Shown one piece after another: positions 37,536 through 40,297 of a stretch of 40,297 bases of DNA. Under the pieces are notes generated by a model. It had not been told where the DNA came from. It worked only from the letters and a program-made list of their open reading frames with translations, and did no database searches. The stretch comes from Burkholderiales bacterium (GTDB lineage: Bacteria > Pseudomonadota > Gammaproteobacteria > Burkholderiales > Ga0077523), in contig JAHCKV010000001.1 of the NCBI GenBank assembly GCA_026125595.1, forward strand, positions 1 to 40,297, given 5' to 3'. Every line of letters begins with the position of its first letter. The stretch's first letter is position 1. Both the position numbers and the translations under genes were made by a program.

Positions 37536-39848
37536 TCAGGCGCGGACGCGCTTCTTGTCCGGGTCGTAGTGCGGAAACGGCTCGACCGTGCAGTCGAGAC
37601 GCTTCTGGTGTCCGTCGAGCTTGCCGATCTCGAGCGCGGTGCCCGGTTCGACGTGGACGATATCCACCCGCGCCAGCGCGATCGTGCGATTCAGGATCGG
37701 TGAGTGCATGCCGCTGGTGACGACACCGATCTGTGCCCGCCCGGCGCATACCGGATCGCCGTGCACCGGCACGTCGCGTCCTTCGACGGCGAGGCCGACC
37801 AACCGGCGCTGCGGATGGGCCGCGCGCCGCTGCAGCGCTTCGCGACCGACGAAGTCGGCGCGCTTCGTGGCCAGCGGCACCGTGAAACCGATGCCGGCCT
37901 CGAACGGATCCGTCTGATCGCAAAACTCGTAGCCGGCAAACACGAGTCCTGCTTCGATGCGCAGCAGGTCGAGCGCCTCGAGGCCCAGCGGCGCGATGCC
38001 CAACGGCGCGCCCGCGGCGAACACCGTGTCCCATATCGGCGTCGCGTCCTTCGGGTGGCACCAGATCTCATAGCCGAGCTCGCCGGTATATCCAGTGCGC
38101 GACACCACCACCGCCGGCCCGGTCGGACCGCCGACCCTTGCGATCGCGAAGCGAAACCACTTCAGTTCGCCGATCGACGGTTGCGTCGGCGCGGTGAACA
38201 GCATGCCGTCGAGCAACTCGCGGCTGCGCGGTCCTTGCACGCTCAGGTTGTGCAGTTGGTCGGTGGACGAGCGTACCCAGGCACGGAAGCCCTTTTCTTC
38301 GGCAAGCCGACGCAACCACAGCCCGCAGTACGGATCACCGCAGACGAAGCGGAAGTTGTGCGGCCCGAGCCGGAACACGGTGGCGTCGTCGAGCATGCCG
38401 CCATGCGGATGGCAGACGGCGGTGTAGACCACTTGCCCGACGGCCAGCCGCGTGATGTCGCGGGTCACCGCGAAATCGAGCAGTGCTTCAGCGTCGGGAC
38501 CCAGCACTTCGAACTTGCGCAGCGGTGACAGATCCACGGCCGCGACCTTCTCGCGGCATGCCCAGTACTCCGCGATCGCACCTTCGCTGGCATAGGACGC
38601 CGGCAACCAGTAGCCGCGATACTCGGTCATGCGGCGCGACAGCGGCGCGGTGCGGGCATGGAAGGCCGTCTGCTGCGTCAGAACCGGCGGGCTGTCGGGT
38701 GTCACGCGCATGGCGATGGCTCGCGGAAAGTGATGCTCGGCCGGATAGACACGGACCTGGATGTCGGTCGGGTTCCAGCCGTTGGCGGGGTCGATGTCGT
38801 CGGGACAGGCAGACGACGCGCAGACCAGATCGGACAGCGCGCGCATCAGTACGTAGTCGCCCGGACGCGACCACGGCTCGTCGAGCCCGATGCGGTCGTC
38901 CGCGACGGTCGTGTTGTAGAAGAAGTTGATGGCCGGCCAGCCCGGGCGGCTCGCGATGCCGAACGGGGCGAGCACCTGGTTGAAGTTCTCCGAGCAGTTG
39001 GCGTGGCCCGGATATCCCATGTCGTCGTAGTACCTGGCCGTGCAGGCCAGCGCGAACGTGTCGTGCCGCCCGCAGGTGTCCTGCACGACTTCGAGCATCG
39101 GGCGCATCCGTGCGTCGAAGAACTTCGACGCGAGCCCCGGCCCGGGATAGCTGCGGCCGGTCAGCGTGCGCGTCACGGTGGCATCGAGCCCCACTTCGAC
39201 GCCCTGCTCCAGCTGCCACGCATCGAATGCGAGGAAATCGGAGCACTCGCGCCCTTCGATGTCCACCACCTGGATCCATTCGCCGGCGGCCACGCGATAG
39301 GCCTGCGCTGTACCGTGGGCGATCCGGAAATCGAGCCGCGGCGGCGCCAGCGGCGCCGGCGCCTCGACCCGTACCACCGCCGCTGCGCGACGGACGATGC
39401 GGATCGCATAGTCCGTGGCGCGCACCGGCGATTCGATCGACGGCGTCTGCGGCGGGATCGCCACGATGCACAGCAGAGGCTCCGCGACCTGCGCCTGCAG
39501 CACTTCACCCGGCAGTTGCTGCGCGCCGGACAGCGCGATGGCACCGGCTGCCAGCAGATCGCGACCTACGCATCGCGGATCGGATAGCGGTTCGAAGCCG
39601 CACGCGGCGCAGATCGCGGGCAGCGTGCCGCGGCCTTGCGGTACGCGACCGAGCGCCGCCGCGCCATCACCGGCGGCGGACAGCGCGAACAGCCACGCGC
39701 CCTGGCCACCTTCGACATCGACGATCGACAGCACGTCACCGGCCTGCAGGGTGATCACTCGACATGCGCCTCCCGGCACCCGCAGTTCCGTGGCATCCGG
39801 CACGGCGGCCGGACCGGGGGAAGCCGACATTGCGACGGCGTCGATCAT
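37536..39848 (-). CDS. tdm: DUF1989 + GcvT fusion protein, trimethylamine-N-oxide demethylase (Tdm)-like
   Basis: ATG at 39848 overlaps the flavin reductase stop (ATGA) and gives 770 aa. The N-terminal DUF1989-type region is FRIAHGTAQAYRVAAGEWIQVVDIEGRECSDFLAF...CSENFN...DYVLMRAL. The C-terminal GcvT domain is VSRTGYTGELGYEIW, LRIEAGLVFAGYEF. This architecture is what has been described for Tdm. The 74-codon upstream extension in the ORF track is Arg/Gly/Pro-rich. Confidence 0.78.
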   Translation of the reverse strand: MIDAVAMSASPGPAAVPDATELRVPGGACRVITLQAGDVLSIVDVEGGQGAWLFALSAAGDGAAALGRVPQGRGTLPAICAACGFEPLSDPRCVGRDLLAAGAIALSGAQQLPGEVLQAQVAEPLLCIVAIPPQTPSIESPVRATDYAIRIVRRAAAVVRVEAPAPLAPPRLDFRIAHGTAQAYRVAAGEWIQVVDIEGRECSDFLAFDAWQLEQGVEVGLDATVTRTLTGRSYPGPGLASKFFDARMRPMLEVVQDTCGRHDTFALACTARYYDDMGYPGHANCSENFNQVLAPFGIASRPGWPAINFFYNTTVADDRIGLDEPWSRPGDYVLMRALSDLVCASSACPDDIDPANGWNPTDIQVRVYPAEHHFPRAIAMRVTPDSPPVLTQQTAFHARTAPLSRRMTEYRGYWLPASYASEGAIAEYWACREKVAAVDLSPLRKFEVLGPDAEALLDFAVTRDITRLAVGQVVYTAVCHPHGGMLDDATVFRLGPHNFRFVCGDPYCGLWLRRLAEEKGFRAWVRSSTDQLHNLSVQGPRSRELLDGMLFTAPTQPSIGELKWFRFAIARVGGPTGPAVVVSRTGYTGELGYEIWCHPKDATPIWDTVFAAGAPLGIAPLGLEALDLLRIEAGLVFAGYEFCDQTDPFEAGIGFTVPLATKRADFVGREALQRRAAHPQRRLVGLAVEGRDVPVHGDPVCAGRAQIGVVTSGMHSPILNRTIALARVDIVHVEPGTALEIGKLDGHQKRLDCTVEPFPHYDPDKKRVRA

Positions 39849-40297
39849 GGCGCTGCCACCGGATGCTCGTCCGCGATGGCGCGGTAGTGGCTGCGGAAGT
39901 ACAGCAGCGGCAGACCGTCGGGGTCGAAGCCGAAATCCACCACCCGCCCCACCACGATCACGTGATCGCCGCCGTCGTGCTGCACGTGGGGCAGGCACTC
40001 GAAGGTGGCCAGCACGTCGTCCAGCAGGGGCACGCCCCGGGCGCTGCGGCGGAACGCCACCGCGTCCCACTTGTCGGCCCCGGCGCTGGCGAAGCGGTGG
40101 GACAGATCGCGCTGGTCGTCGCGCAGGATGTTGATGCCGAAACCGCGGCAGCCCAGCAGGGGGGCACAGCTCCAGGCCCGGCGCGACAGGCTGAACAGGA
40201 TCAGCGGCGGTTCCAGGGACACGGTGTTGAAGGAGTTGGCCGTGACCCCGATGAGCCCGGCCGTGTCGTGCTCGGCCGTGATCACGGTGACGCCGGT
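39845..40297 (-). CDS. Flavin reductase-domain protein (HpaC/RutF-like), 5' end outside the window
   Basis: The reverse strand reads ...TGVTVITAEHDTAGLIGVTANSFNTVSLEPPLILFSLSRR...GDHVIVVGRVV, the flavin reductase-like FMN-binding fold. The frame is open to the window edge. Confidence 0.8.
   Translation of the reverse strand, partial: TGVTVITAEHDTAGLIGVTANSFNTVSLEPPLILFSLSRRAWSCAPLLGCRGFGINILRDDQRDLSHRFASAGADKWDAVAFRRSARGVPLLDDVLATFECLPHVQHDGGDHVIVVGRVVDFGFDPDGLPLLYFRSHYRAIADEHPVAAP

Overview
High-GC proteobacterial chromosomal window. Synteny (ubiK-comM, torF-glnK-amtB, a PEP-CTERM protein) tentatively suggests a betaproteobacterium. The left ~16.5 kb is ordinary core genome: amidase, two small membrane proteins, a PEP-CTERM-tagged glycerophosphodiesterase, a secreted HExxH peptidase, metH, an AAA+ ATPase, a frameshifted comM/yifB, ubiK, and a porin-glnK-amtB operon with an NtrC box and sigma54 promoter. 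After convergent terminators at 16.46-16.61 kb, the remaining ~24 kb is a dense methylated amide/amine catabolic region in three modules. Module A (minus strand) is a Urt/Fmd-type amide ABC importer followed by dmfA1/dmfA2-like N,N-dimethylformamidase genes and a cupin. In module A the small-subunit homolog lies in frame inside the permease ORF behind its own strong Shine-Dalgarno, and the UrtD-like ATPase gene is frame-disrupted. A LuxR (DmfR-like) regulator and an XRE-cupin regulator sit next to module A. Module B (plus strand) is a second, divergent DMFase-like small/large subunit pair co-oriented with a non-canonical Rieske-like protein and a Sel1-repeat protein, downstream of a sigma54-like promoter and a long structured leader. 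Module C (minus strand) is flavin reductase-tdm-dmmDABC (TMAO demethylase plus dimethylamine monooxygenase), followed by a second XRE-cupin paralog. I saw no rRNA, tRNA, CRISPR array, transposase or integrase by eye. The most novel-looking elements are module B and the permease/DmfA1 in-frame arrangement. All family assignments come from motif recognition only; no database search was possible.
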